From Hyphochytrium catenoides (Eukaryota > Protista > Hyphochytriomycota), in assembly GCA_900088475.1 (NCBI GenBank), contig FLMG01000335.1:186001-250000 (forward strand): 64,000 bases of DNA, given 5' to 3'. Of the stretch, positions 11,448 through 23,678 are shown piece by piece (position 1 is the first letter of the stretch; the number at the start of each line of letters is the position of its first letter). The translations under genes and the position numbers were made by a program. The notes beneath the pieces were generated by a model, which was not told where the DNA came from, ran no database searches, and saw nothing but the letters and a program-made list of their open reading frames with translations.

Positions 11448-13283
11448 TGGGAGAAAGAGAGAATAGAGAGTGGGGGCCTGGACGTTGGGGAAATAAAGAA
11501 AGTGCAACCTGGCGTTCGATGGATCCTTCTCTCGTCTGTCTCTCTCTCTCTCTCTTTCTCTATCCATCCCTGTCTCTCTTCTTTCTGTCTTCTGCCTCTG
11601 TTGATCTATGAGCTCCACCCTACTCTGTCGTCATCTCTCTCCTCCTCCTCCTCGCTTCTTCATCTCCGTTCTTTCTCTTTTCCCCCACCGTTCTATATCT
11701 TTTTCTTTTTCATAGCTCTGTCCTTGACTCTTGTCTTCTCTCTTCTCTGGTTCACTCTTCGCCCTCTCCTACTCTCGCTCCTCTTCTCTGTCCTTTGGAA
11801 TCTAGTTGCTGGCATGCTGGACGATTTGAACCGCCCTCACTGTTGTCCCCCAGTGCTTTGTGGTGGATGGCTGGCAGCATACGCGCCATCGCCTTCTCCT
11901 TTGCTTCTTCTTCGATGCACACAAAATGTGGTGACCACAGCGGGCAAACGGAGAAGCAGAAGAACGGATCTGGACGAGAGGCCACGCTTTCCTCCTCTCC
12001 TTTCACTCCTTCTCGCTCTCTCGCTGTTTCTTTGCCATTTCCTCCTCTGCTATCTCCACCTTTTCTCTCTTGCTTTTCTCTGAGAAGAGAGGCTACAGTC
12101 GTAAGTGTCGCTGCTGGCAGAAAGCAATTCAAATAGCACTTCCCTTACTATTAAAGGCACCACCTCTTCTCCCTCCGTTTTCTATCTTGGCGCTGCCACT
12201 TTCCCTATTCCTACTAGTTCTATCCTTCTCTCCTCTCTCAGCAGCTCCTTTCGTTGTCTCTTTCTACGTGCTGCCGTCTTCTGTTTGTTCTTCGCCCCCA
12301 ACGTGCCTTCCATTTGTCCCTTTCTCCCTCCTTCTCTATCGTTTTCTCCACGTACTCCCCTGACTTTTTCCCACCATTCTTGTCTTGCATCTGTCTTTTA
12401 TGAGCTGCTCGCACCGGACTTTGCTGGATTCGTGCTAGCTCTAAGCGTCACTGTTTCCCTTCTATTTCCTTTTCTGAGCTAACTCTGACGATGATGCAGA
12501 AGAGTCGTCTGGTTGCTCTCACGCGTTAGTCTAAGAACTAAGAAGCCAACAAAGAGCGGATTTCAGTCGTCCACCTCTCTTGTTGTCCCTTTCTTACTCC
12601 CCGTTGTTTGCCTGTAACTCATCCACTCTACTCTACAGTGTGATCTTTACTCCTTCTCTCCGTCCTTCCTGTTCTTCATTGTCAACTCCGCCAAGATCAG
12701 TATCTCAAAAGGCGCCATAGGACTATCTTTGATCCCCTTCCTAAACGGTCTCTCGCCAAACAAGACGAGTGAGAGCCATATAACCCATCGACTGAGGGAA
12801 GCAGCATAGCACAGGTGCAACAGCAGAGCACAGGTGCAGCAGCAGGTCACCAAGCGCATTAGGAGGCCGCATTTGCTTGACAAAGCAAGGGAAAGTCAGT
12901 GAAGGCTTACTTGCGGTTGAGACTGGAAACGACAGCAGGAGGACTGGACTAAAGGGACCAGTTGAAGCCAATGAAGGCCAGAGAACTCTGTTCTCTCCTT
13001 TTTGAAATCTGTGCTCAGAAGCAAAAGCAGCGGAGAGACAATACTTGGGTCTCACCGATATTTTGAACATTTAGAAGCATCGGACCCGCAGCTTTTTTGA
13101 CGGAGAAAGACACGACAGGAGAAAGGGATGAGGTAGGAGAGCCGAGGACGGGAGAGCCGCCAAGACGTGATACTCTATAGGACCAGGCAAGAGACAAATA
13201 AAAGAAGCGAACAGCTGTGCTTTGAGCCCAGACACCAAAGCTCCGAGCTGGAGGAAGCGGAGGATTTTCCTATCGATTTGATC

Positions 13284-14566
13284 ATGCCAAACTCTCGACC
13301 GGCTCTACAGCCGTGCTCTGTAGCGAAGCGGAAACCTCAACAGCGACTTGTTCTGCCTGTTAAGCCGCGCGTAGTCCGTTTCCAGCAATTATTGCCCATT
13401 GATTTTCCCGATACTCAGGCCCCATCCACTAGGAGCCAACGGGCACCAAGGAAGCCGGTGCTGATCCCTTATTCGCTATCGCCTTTGCGAAAGATGGGCA
13501 GAGCTCAAGGGCTAGTTAACTCAAAGGTGTTATCCTCTTCTTTGGCACCGTTAGGTCTATCACTAAGCGTCTCTGACCCTAGAGTTGCATTTCTTTTTGT
13601 AGCATGAAGACAGAATCCGCCGTGGGCTGTTGTCACAGAGAGGTAGACAAAGAGGCCATAGCTCGGGCCATCGTGTGGTTCTTGTTCCCAGACAGGTAAG
13701 ATATCTACAGCAGTAGGCTCTGTCGTCTCATTGAACTTCTGACCCTCGGTGTGCCTGTCTTCAGATCCAGAGAAGAAAGAGAGATGAGTATGACAAGCTT
13801 CCCTTAGAGCTAGAATCCTCTACAAGTTTGCCAGCTTCTCCAGTCTTGGCGGAAGAAGGTGTCGTAACTCTTTAAAGTGTGTCCTAATTGCCAGACGACT
13901 GCCCTAACATCACGGCGCTTCCCACGTCTGCTGTCCTCTCTCCGCCCACTTCGCCCTTGCATACTCTCCTCTGTCTTTCATTCTCTCTCTTTTCTGGACG
14001 CCGACGCCGTCACACCAGACCTGAAACCCCTCTTAAGTGACAATTTTGACCTGGAGTGCTCAGATATAGATATAGACAAATCGGATGCGACATATGGGAG
14101 AATCCTTGCGACAGAAACAGCGTCCTCGCTTAACTTCATTACGGAGGGTGAGGGAGACATCCAACAACTCCCATTGCCATATCTCTCTCCCTCTGAAGGA
14201 GAAGAGTCTCTTCCTTTCACTGAGGACTACTCAGAAAGGATGTCGGGACTAGAAGAGCTCACGTCTGTGGAAGACTTAGCTCCCTATTTAGCACCTGCGG
14301 CTTTCATTGACGAGGAAATGGACAACACACTCGCCAGCTGTGACCAAGAAGCCATAACAGAGCTTCTCCTAGACAGCTGTTACCTCGGATCACCTGACGG
14401 GACGCGAGACGGAGGACCACCGAGCCACAGCTTAGGCGATATCAAGGAGAGCCACCTTCTTACTGAGCCTTTTGAAACATCTTCCTCCTCTGCCATTATC
14501 TCCCACCCCGAAGCCGCCTACGGGTGCACTCAAACCCTGGAGATAGGAAACCATTTCGGTGGCTAG
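13284..14566 (+). CDS. Hypothetical protein, basic/Pro-rich N-terminus and acidic C-terminal exon
   Basis: ORF segments near 13284-13526, 13602-13694 and 13766-13858 plus a long acidic ORF ending at 14566, separated by plausible GT-AG introns. No recognisable domain. Confidence 0.4.
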
Positions 14567-15103
14567 ACCGACCGCTTTTTTGAGACGACGGACTGGCCGA
14601 ACCTTTGTTCTCTGCAAGTACTNNNNNNNNNNNNNNNNNNNNNNNNNNNNNNNNNNNNNNNNNNNNNNNNNNNNNNNNNNNNNNNNNNNNNNNNNNNNNN
14701 NNNNNNNNNNNATATATATTGTATGATTTAGGACTCACCGTCATCCCTAAGTATATAAGGAGGAATGGCCGTCTGAGTACTATACTAAATAGTTCGGTGT
14801 CGTAAGCAGCATTATGGCACTGCTCTTGGCGCTGCCCAGGAGGCGGAAGGGTCGAGCAAGCGTAGTCGCAACCTGGCTCTCTGAAGTCAGGGTTGATCCG
14901 AACCAGCTGCAAGGGCTGCTAACACTTCTCAGTTCTCGATGGCGATGCCAATAAATAAGTGAGGGAACAATTAGCGAAAGGAGAATACTTTCGCAGCAAG
15001 CCACCGAGTTACACTTTCTGGGCAATAACATAAAGCTCACAAAGAAAGAGAGCGAATACAGGTCACTGAACTGAGACAAGAAGCCTAACGTGAGGTTTGA
15101 CTG

Positions 15104-17639
15104 CTATGCCACTTGCATTTCGGGTTGCCGTACGGACTCCGGGAAGACCCTAAGAATTACTGCGTCATGGCCGTTCACCAAGGCTGTAAACGAATCCTGG
15201 TAGACTCCTAGATCGCGCCGAAGGTAAGCGTCACGAATGGAAGCACGGCCCAAGACTGCAGGGTAGAAGTCTCCGCCATTGCACGATCCCTTGCTCTCTC
15301 CGCACCAGCCCTCACTTTGTATGTATAAGGTAATATTCTGTGGGACCTCCGCTGCATTGAAATTAAGAAATCTTCCTATCAGTACCGACCCTCGCGAAGG
15401 CAGACACATGCACGAGACGCCAGTAGGACGTAAGGAAGTCCAAGTATACCTCTAGACAGACATTCGGAAGTCTCTGAAGCACGGCAAAGTGGAGACTTTT
15501 GTGACTGAACAACGGAAACGGTAGAGAACAGTGGAGGATTTGCGCATGCTATTTAACTTCCTTACCCTTGTTCAAAAGGGTGACCCCAAAACTTCCGTCA
15601 CTCAAAGGCTTGATCCAGACCTCGCCACTGCCTAGAGAACGTGCCAGACTGCCTTGCACGCACTCGGGGTCCTGTTGTATCTCAAGCACCTCAGGCGCTG
15701 TCACAAGCCCCAGTGTGAAATCATCCATTTCACTCAGGGGATGGCTAAGTATTAGAGGAGTCCCTAGAACTGCAAGAGTGCCAGCACCGTAGATTATATA
15801 TGTGAGTATAGAGCGGAAAGAACATTATGCCATCTAGGAAGAAGCCTACGAGGATAATGGACGCCTAAGAGTAGAATGACATGACACATGCAAAGCGCTA
15901 GTGAATGATATATGAGGGAGAAAGGGGGGGGGGNNNNNNNNNNNNNNNNNNNNNNNNNNNNNNNNNNNNNNNNNNNNNNNNNNNNNNNNNGCATATCTGG
16001 CACGTTGAAGCTGCCCGCTGACTGAAAGATTTCTAAACCACTTACGTGGTGGGCGCAGTCAAGAAAGGACATCCAGTTGTCCTGCGCCCAACAAAATTAG
16101 GACTCAAGCAGGTGCCTAAAGTAAAGAAGAAACAATCCCAGAACAAGAACTAAACCGTCTGTTAAATAAAGGGAGGACACCGGGCAGGTTAAAGGTGAGA
16201 GTAAACAGCAGCAGGAATACTGACAGAATTATTTGAGACGAGACGAAGGAGAGCTGAGGCATTGCTGTCAACCTGCATGTCAAACCATATCTTTCTCAGA
16301 TTGGTTAGCTCGGTCGCCCACTCCCACACCAATTCTGACGGCTTCTGTGCCACTTTAGTGATGGAGTTGGAAGCAGTATGGTGTCTAAAGGGGTTGTACA
16401 CTCGGGAGGGTGAGGAAGGGTTGCCTGCATCCAGGTAGAACACCATCGTCCGGTTTGTCTTCAGTATCCCCCGATGCATTGCCTGGACCTAAGAAAAGCA
16501 CCATTAAGCACAGTCTCTTCATCATAAGAGACCTGCAAGACCTCAGCCGCAACAGAGCTAGAGGAGGGATGGATGGCGCACGGAGTCAAGCTACCTTACC
16601 GATCGCTGCATGCATCCATCATGGACACCACAGTCTAAGTTACAGGTGTCGAACTTGATAAAGTCCATTCCCCAGTCCGCGAAAGTCTGAGCATCTTCTT
16701 CCTCGTGACCCAGAGACGAAGCGAAGCCACCACATGTACAGTTACTGACGGCGGTGTAGATGCCGATCTTAAGCCCTTTAGAGTGCACGTACTCTGCTAG
16801 CGCTTTCATACCGGAAGGAAAGCGTTGTGGGTCTGGCACTAGTCGGCCTCTGAACAGAGAGATGGCAGGTAGCGGAATTAAGGACCGAAGTAGCGGAAGG
16901 CACCTGAACGATAAGCAGATCAACTGGACGAGAAGCTTTGCGTTTAAAGGTGCAAGCGGGAGGAATGAAAGGAGGCATGCTGACGGGATAAGAGTGTTGC
17001 AGATGAGCTCACTCGATACCTCGAGTCCCTAGGGGCTGGCACCAAGCAGCCATGACCAGGGGTCGGGGCGTACTCCAGGCAGGCAGACCAGCCGTCATCA
17101 ATTAGTAGATAATTATAACCTGCAGCCCGAAGCCCCGAGGACACCATGAGGTCGGCCGACTCCCGGATAAGACTCTCATTAACCTAGAGAAGAGACAGGG
17201 GAGAGAGGGAGAGAGATTCAGAGATATATTGAGATAGAGGACAAGGAGGTTGGGATGTAACCTTGTGATGTCAATGTCAATCAGAGAGACACAATAGCAA
17301 AGAACAAGAGAGAGACACCAGCGGTGACTTCAGCGGCGATTGCCTTGAGCTTACATTGAGCAAAACGCTATTCCACGATGTCCAGCCCATCAAAGGTCGC
17401 TGCAACGCTGGGTCAAGATACTTTGGGTTCCTCCAGCGCCTGCCAGCGGATGCTTGCATTGGTCGAGGACTTTCCAGGTAGCTGTATACGTCGCCTGGGC
17501 GGGTGGTGGTAACAGAGGAAGTAGCATTGCATCCTCCTACACCCAAGACAGCGAATATCAGAGCGAGGCAGCAGCCAACACGTGGCAAAGAGTACCGAGG
17601 GTACGCGGTTTGTTCCTTCCTGGTGCCTTGGATTGTCAT
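15104..17639 (-). CDS. Alpha-galactosidase, glycoside hydrolase family 27, multi-exon (a gap lies inside the gene)
   Basis: Hydrophobic leader, [59 protein letters not shown] (nucleophile Asp), KIWFDM (acid/base Asp), FNVPDM and C-terminal beta domain ending [11 protein letters not shown]. Confidence 0.93.
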
Positions 17640-17847
17640 GATGAGCAAATCTATGAGCCCGGGTTATGGTCGTCACCCCTTCTGCCACTCTACCTTTCGC
17701 TCTATGCTACTTTCTGCACGGTTTCTTCTTTGAGGGCAATTGAAGACTGGTGGTAGGCTCAAGAAAGCCCAAAGAAAGGAGGAGGATAGCAGAAGAAGAC
17801 GGTAAAGAAGCGTATCATCGAAGATGCAGGTGATACCCCGGAGGAGC

Positions 17848-17931
17848 GCAGAGAGAGAGACAGAGAGACAGAGACAGAGAGAGACACAGAGAGACAGAGA
17901 GACAGAGAGAAGAGACAGAGGAGAGAGAGAG
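17848..17931. repeat. GA/GACA compound microsatellite
   Basis: Visible repeat run. Confidence 0.85.
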
Positions 17932-19049
17932 AAGGTGGAGGTTTGGGGGCTGCAGAAACGGAGATAAAGATCATTGAGATTGAGAAGAGACGAGGGAGTT
18001 CAGCAAAGAGCCAGAAGTAGACAGCAAGGCGAGGTAGAGTGGGAAAGAGTGAAGCGTGGGAAGTGAGACAGAGCAGTTAAAGGGAGAGACAGACAGGGAG
18101 CGCTATGGAGAAACAGAGATAGGGGCAGCGAGCGCGCGAGGAAGAGTAAGGATGAGCCAGAGCGAGTGAGAGATGCAGGTGCCATCATCGCTTAGGAACT
18201 ACCTGAAGACTGCGTAAAAACGGTCACAAGAAGGCGTATTATTAACAAGGGAGCACTTAGATCTGACCGTATAATAAGATCAACAACTCCTTGGCAGTAG
18301 TAATAGCCCGGTGCAGGTGCACCTCTTTTGCAGAAAGCAAGCCACTGGTAATCTCAGAACTACCCCAGGACTTATCTCAGATGTCCTCCGTGACCTGTCG
18401 AAAGGTCATTGTGTTCTGAGTACTTGTATGCAGGCAGCAGGCGGAGAGCCCAGAGATCAGCAACTGTTCTCCCTCTATCTTCGCTTACCGATTCGTCGTC
18501 CAGCGGCATCGGTCCGGACTTTACCAAGCACATTTGGCCCTGGCTGTGGGCCCGCTCAGGCTGGGACAATAGAGCGGGGCGAGGGAATAGTCCACCGGTG
18601 ATGACAAGGAAGATGTGAGGCTGGAGACAGGAGGTTTAGGGTCAGGAAGGAACACGGACGAACAAACACCCTTTCTGCATGGGGAGACCGGTCCTACCGC
18701 CTGCAGAGGGAGGGGACAGACTAAGGGCAAGGCCAGGGAAGTGAAATATATGCGAGGAATGGTTTGGAATGGTGGCGACGGCCATCAAGAAGACGTTCGC
18801 GACCATGTCTTCTGGGTAAAGGTAGAGCCGATGGGGTTCATTTAATAAAAAATGACGAGCCTCAATATTTCCCTAGGTGTCTACCTTGGATGTCCTCTTA
18901 TTCTATGTTGTTCTTCCCTCTGCTTGCTGTTGCTTCTGAGCTCTCGGTCGTGCTCGCTTGTGAAGGCTTATAATACATTTGTCGGGGTTGGTAAACAAGT
19001 TCCGACGCATTGGCAAAAGAAGAGCCATCGTTGTTTGCACCACAATACT

Positions 19050-20030
19050 ATGGGGTACTCTAAGGAAGTAGCAGCTATACAATGTCGGCTAGTCTTCAGA
19101 TTGACGCCACTATTCTTACTCTTGGTGGCCGTCTGCAACTACTCCGCGACAGCAATCGTCCCAAACCTTGGAAGGGTATGCACCGGTAAGAATGGCGATA
19201 CAACGTGCTCCCCTGGGTCTTCCATCACGATCGGAGGGGCACGACCTGCGGAGGTGTTTATACCTGCGAGCTATGATCCTACCCATCCCACTCCGGTACT
19301 GATTATTCTGCACGGGTATGGAGACAGAGCTGACCGGGGTCTAAGCTACGTTCGTTCAGCGGCAGAGTCTAAAGGCTTCATCTACTCGGCACCTTTAGGG
19401 ACTCCGGAGAGAGGGAGCGGGAGACGCTTTTGGAATGCTCCTCAGCTTTGCTGCGACTTTTTTGGCACTGATGTGGATGATGAAGCCTATCTCTTGGGTC
19501 TGATTGACGAAATTGCCTCCAAACTCAACGTGGACAGAGAGAGAGTTTCTCTACTGGGTATCTCAAATGGAAGCTTCATGGCCTATGCTCTGGCATGTCA
19601 TCACTCGGAAATTATTGCTGGTGTCGTAGGGCTTGTAGGTGCGATGTATGGAGATAAAACCCTCTGCCAGCCGTCGACTCCCGTCTCTGTGCTCCATGTA
19701 CATGGAACAGAGGACCAACTGGTCTCTTACTACGGTGGCACCATCCCCGGAGGCAGCCGCGGCCGGTACTCAGGGGCAGAGGAGACCGTCAAGGCGTGGG
19801 CCAAGAGTAACAAGTGCACAGGCGCTGATACTCCGATGCGTGGTTCTCCTATAGCTCTGGAACAAGGTAGGGGCCCAAGGAGCACTCCTGTCACCTTCTC
19901 TGGCTGCCCAGAGGGTGTGGATGTCAAGCTTTATAGTATCAATGGAGGGTCTCACGTGCCCGACCTGAGGCCAGACTTTGCTGTTGAGCTGATGGACTTC
20001 TTGGCTGCTCATAAGAAGCAGAGCCGATAA
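19050..20030 (+). CDS. Secreted LpqC/PHB-depolymerase-family esterase, copy 2, intronless
   Basis: Signal-like segment, FIPASYDPTHPTPVLIILHGY, FWNAPQLCCDF, GISNG, HGTEDQ and GGSH. Colinear with copy 1 along its length. The start could be further upstream (ORF is open from 18852). Confidence 0.9.
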   Translation: MGYSKEVAAIQCRLVFRLTPLFLLLVAVCNYSATAIVPNLGRVCTGKNGDTTCSPGSSITIGGARPAEVFIPASYDPTHPTPVLIILHGYGDRADRGLSYVRSAAESKGFIYSAPLGTPERGSGRRFWNAPQLCCDFFGTDVDDEAYLLGLIDEIASKLNVDRERVSLLGISNGSFMAYALACHHSEIIAGVVGLVGAMYGDKTLCQPSTPVSVLHVHGTEDQLVSYYGGTIPGGSRGRYSGAEETVKAWAKSNKCTGADTPMRGSPIALEQGRGPRSTPVTFSGCPEGVDVKLYSINGGSHVPDLRPDFAVELMDFLAAHKKQSR

Positions 20031-20448
20031 TGATAATGAAAAGCCTGTCCGCTTAAGGAATGTAGCGTTTCCCAATGACGGTTCTATCGTTCTCTTCGTC
20101 CTTGCTCGGACAATTCTCTCTCGTCGTTCTAGAATTCTCAAGATTCTCTCCGTTGTTGGGCTATCTCTCCTTTCGACCTAGATCCTTGAGCCTCTTCTTC
20201 CGCAACGTATACTCTCTCGACCCTTGCTATACGTCATCTGTCCGCCGTTCACAGGGCTGATACAGACTGAGAGACTCCGCTGAAGGCTGTCGGTTCAAGG
20301 GACTAAGCCAAATTGCCTGCTCATCTGTCTTCTGTGGGTACGAAGCGGCGCATACATATGAATTTTCCTCAGGAAAGGACGGACCAAGTATCTAACTCCT
20401 CGGGCGAAGTGACGCATAAGGCACGAGTCCCCTCTTTAACAATTTTCA

Positions 20449-22870
20449 TTATCGAAACTTCATTGAGCGGAGAAGAAGTTCTCCTTCAGGATTCAGAGAG
20501 ACAACCATAGAGTTGTTCTTCACCTGGAAATGGAAGCAACCAGAAGAGCAGACCACGCCAAACACGCAGCATTATAAAGTGCCATATAGGGTAAGTGCAG
20601 GAAGGTTAGCCTTATGGTTTGAGCCACATAAAATGGAATAAAAGAGTCGTACATGGCCCGCTAACTCCTCTGCAGATTCAATCAGCTGGAAGACTTCAGC
20701 AACGGCGACCAGCTCTGCATCAAACTTTAGAGCAAAAATCTTAGCATGCCGGTTGCCTGAGACGCCTGCCAAGGCTCTGCCCTGCAACTTTCCATAGACA
20801 TGAATGTCTCCATCGGCGAGAACCTAGAGCGAGAAAAGGCAAAAGGGAAAAGACAAGGTTAGCCTCATGCGAGGAGTAAGGGGGGCCGCCAGAGGAATCC
20901 CATCTCAATTGATTGACTGTCAGTTCTCTCTGTAGCAGTGAATTTAAGAGAGTCAGGTAGCCAAAGAATGTGGCAAGCCAGGGAAGGGCAACAAATAAGT
21001 CTAGATCTAACAAGCAGCTCTTCATATAGAAAACCTGTGCCCCTCAAGACTCACCTCAGCTCCAGAGTTGACTGAACCCAATACAATAAGTGATCGGTCT
21101 TTGGCATAAACATGTTCTCCCGAACGGACAGAATGCTCCACAACCAATGGCGCGGCTATAACTTTTTCCACCTCTTTGCAATCACGGCTCTCCTTGGGAG
21201 CTGACCCTTCTTCTTGCACGTCTATAATTTCTTTGTCTGTTACTTCCTCTACCATGTCACTTGTCTCGATGGTGACTTGGCCAACAGCTTGAGAGGAAGA
21301 TAGAGCATCCTGAGCCACAGAGAGCACCTCCAAAGAGGAAGCGAGACCTGTGAAGTCTACGGGAGGAACTTCCTGGTTGAAGGAAGACGACATGATGGTA
21401 GGGATCCGATGGGCTATAGCCAATCTCTACAGACAAAAGGCAGACTCATAAGACTTTAGGAAGTTCATCGCTATTTCTATCCGTTCGTCCGCTGACCGGC
21501 CTTTGCCCTAAAGAATAATATCCTCTTTCTCACTCTCTGGAAGACTGGCTATTGTACGACCCCTTTCTCCTCAAGCTCTTATCGCGGCAAAATCTTAGAG
21601 CGCTTATTACGCTTGCCGATGCCCTACCTACCTTTAGGTCTTCACTAGCATTCGCAATGGCGCAAGGAATGAGGTTTAGGCCCTAATCAACAGCATCAAT
21701 GAGGGCCTGCAGAGACGGTGGCCGCAAAGACTTTCCTAAATATATTACCTTTATTGTTCGTACGTACTCTGCGAAGGTCTCAGCCTTCATGGGCCGAGTG
21801 TGAGGGGTTCCTAGGTTATGACGGGGGAGACTGCCTCAGGCCATAAAGAGAGAGCTTTCACGAGAGAACAGGGCGGGCAGACCAATCCAAGACAATTGCC
21901 GATGAAGAAACCGGAGAGGAACACAAGCTATTTAGGAAGGTGAAGGTAGATTGGGTTACCATCAAGTGACACGGCGCTCATGTCCAGCACGATTGGGGTG
22001 TTCCTGAAAAAGTGAGGTGAGGAAAGCACGCGCTGTTGGAGGACAGCAGCGAGGGTCTGTGGCGTGTCGGCCCTGCGATTAGAGAATGTTAGAGAATGTG
22101 ATAGCCATCGCAAGGTTTCAGGTATTGGAGCAGGAAGTGCGGACAGAGAGGACAGAGAGTGCAGAAGGAATGTTAGGCTTATCTACAGCTGCTGATGGAT
22201 GCCGCTCATAAGGAGACCTTAAGTGCTAAGATAACAAAACGTGAGAGACAGTGAGGAGCTTAAGAGAAGAGTTCTCCACAAAAACGTGGCACGAGCGGAA
22301 ATAACGTGACAGAGGGCAAAGCAAGGTACAGAAGGAGAAATGAGGGGAAGAATGAAGCCAGATGGGAACGATGACATTTATATATAGAGAGAGAGCCAGA
22401 GACAGAGAGAAAGATGGAGATAGGGGAGCAAAGAGATCAGCCAATACGAAAGCTTTTGTGCGACAGCATTATAAGTACACTTCACAAATCCCCGTCCGCT
22501 CTTCCCCTAGCAGGACGGACGCTTACACTTACTTTTCAAGCCGGATGGTAGGGATGAGGTAAGACTTGCCCACTACAGCTCTCGGCGATGGCAGGGACGG
22601 CTCAGACTGTCCTGACACTGGCAGGCGAACAGGCCCTCTTTCCTCTCTCTTCAGAGCTTGAGTAGGCCGGGAAGCCGGTCGCGTAGCGTATCCTCCATGG
22701 GAAGACGTAGAATTGGAGGACAAGCTTTCAGCTTGTTCATCTCTCTCTCCACCTATCCATTGCTCAAGATACTGACGCGCATTTGCCTTGGATGAGGACA
22801 ACCGCCGTTTCGTCGTCCTACTTGAGACCACGGCTCTGTCTCGGAGGCGCGCGAGGTGCGGGGAGAACAT
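20449..22870 (-). CDS. minC: Septum site-determining protein MinC homolog with probable mitochondrial presequence; 7 inferred exons
   Basis: N-domain LQQRVLSSPHFFRNTPIVLDM...GLNLIPCAI and C-domain VRSGEHVYAKDRSLIVLGSVNSGAE|VLADGDIHVYGKLQGRALAG...IFALKFDAELVAVA. The N-terminus is Arg/Ser-rich and nearly acid-free (MFSPHLARLRDRAVVSSRTTKRRLSSSK). Exons join in frame by GT-AG. Confidence 0.92.
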
Positions 22871-23678
22871 CTTGCATGTAACAAGGTGAACGCCGCATCA
22901 GCGGCAGCACCGAACAAGCTTTCTCCCAAGAGCTTGGATCCTATGCGATGTTTGTACCCCCTTACTCTTCCTCAACAACGGGAAGTCAGCTAATTCAGGC
23001 CAAGAGTAGTGAGCAATGTCCCTGGCGCCTCTCCCACAATAAAGCCGCCAAGCCTCCACTTTCCCTTGTGCCTCTACGTGTCAAGTCTCTGCAGGTCTGC
23101 CCTTCGCTAGCCTAATAAAGACTGGGCCTGGTGACCATGATGACTGAAGATTCAGAAGAAAGCCGTTTGGCGGCAGATCTGCAGCGCTGAAGAAGCCGCA
23201 CTTTCCTTTCACAACTCACCACGCAAGTCCTTTAAGAATTGACCCTAACGCTTAACCCTCAATATAAATGCCCGCTGACCTCATAGCACTTAAAGCCCCC
23301 TCCCCAATGATGGGTTACCAATAGAATTGCTTCTCATCTTGCTCCTCCGTCCTCCGTCCTTGCGGCTGCCTCCGTCGCCCCAAGCGCCATCATCAGGACA
23401 GAGCAGCCTTTCCTCAGTGACACGAGACGAGATCGCTGTAAGCGCACCTTTCCTGGCTTCTCAGTCCTCAGGTAGCTAGCGCTTCACCAGGTCTTACTGC
23501 CCTAGCGCCCGATAACACCCAGAGGAGGTGACTTTGGCTTAAGACGAACTTTGTGGTGGTCTGGTTCCACGTAGGGCTTCTGTCTTCTCTTTCTTGTCGG
23601 CGACAAGACGATTGCAGTCTGGCTAGGAGGTAGAGGCAGGAGAGTTTTGACCATCAAGAGATAGAGTCAAATGCCAGG

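Noticed and set aside
11144-12482. Long ORFs rich in ER, SL or LF repeats (also near 8340-9000, 42478-42917 and 47268-47585)
   Set aside because: They are translations of GA/CT microsatellites and pyrimidine-rich introns, which lack stop codons by composition.
21683-21685. Apparent in-frame TAG within a minC exon (ALIDAVD*GLNLIP), suggesting stop-codon reassignment or a pseudogene
   Set aside because: The TAG is the 3' splice acceptor. Donor AAG|gtaata joins to GGC CTA AAC, giving EYVRTIK|GLNLIPCAI in frame. The other genes end normally at TAA, TAG or TGA.
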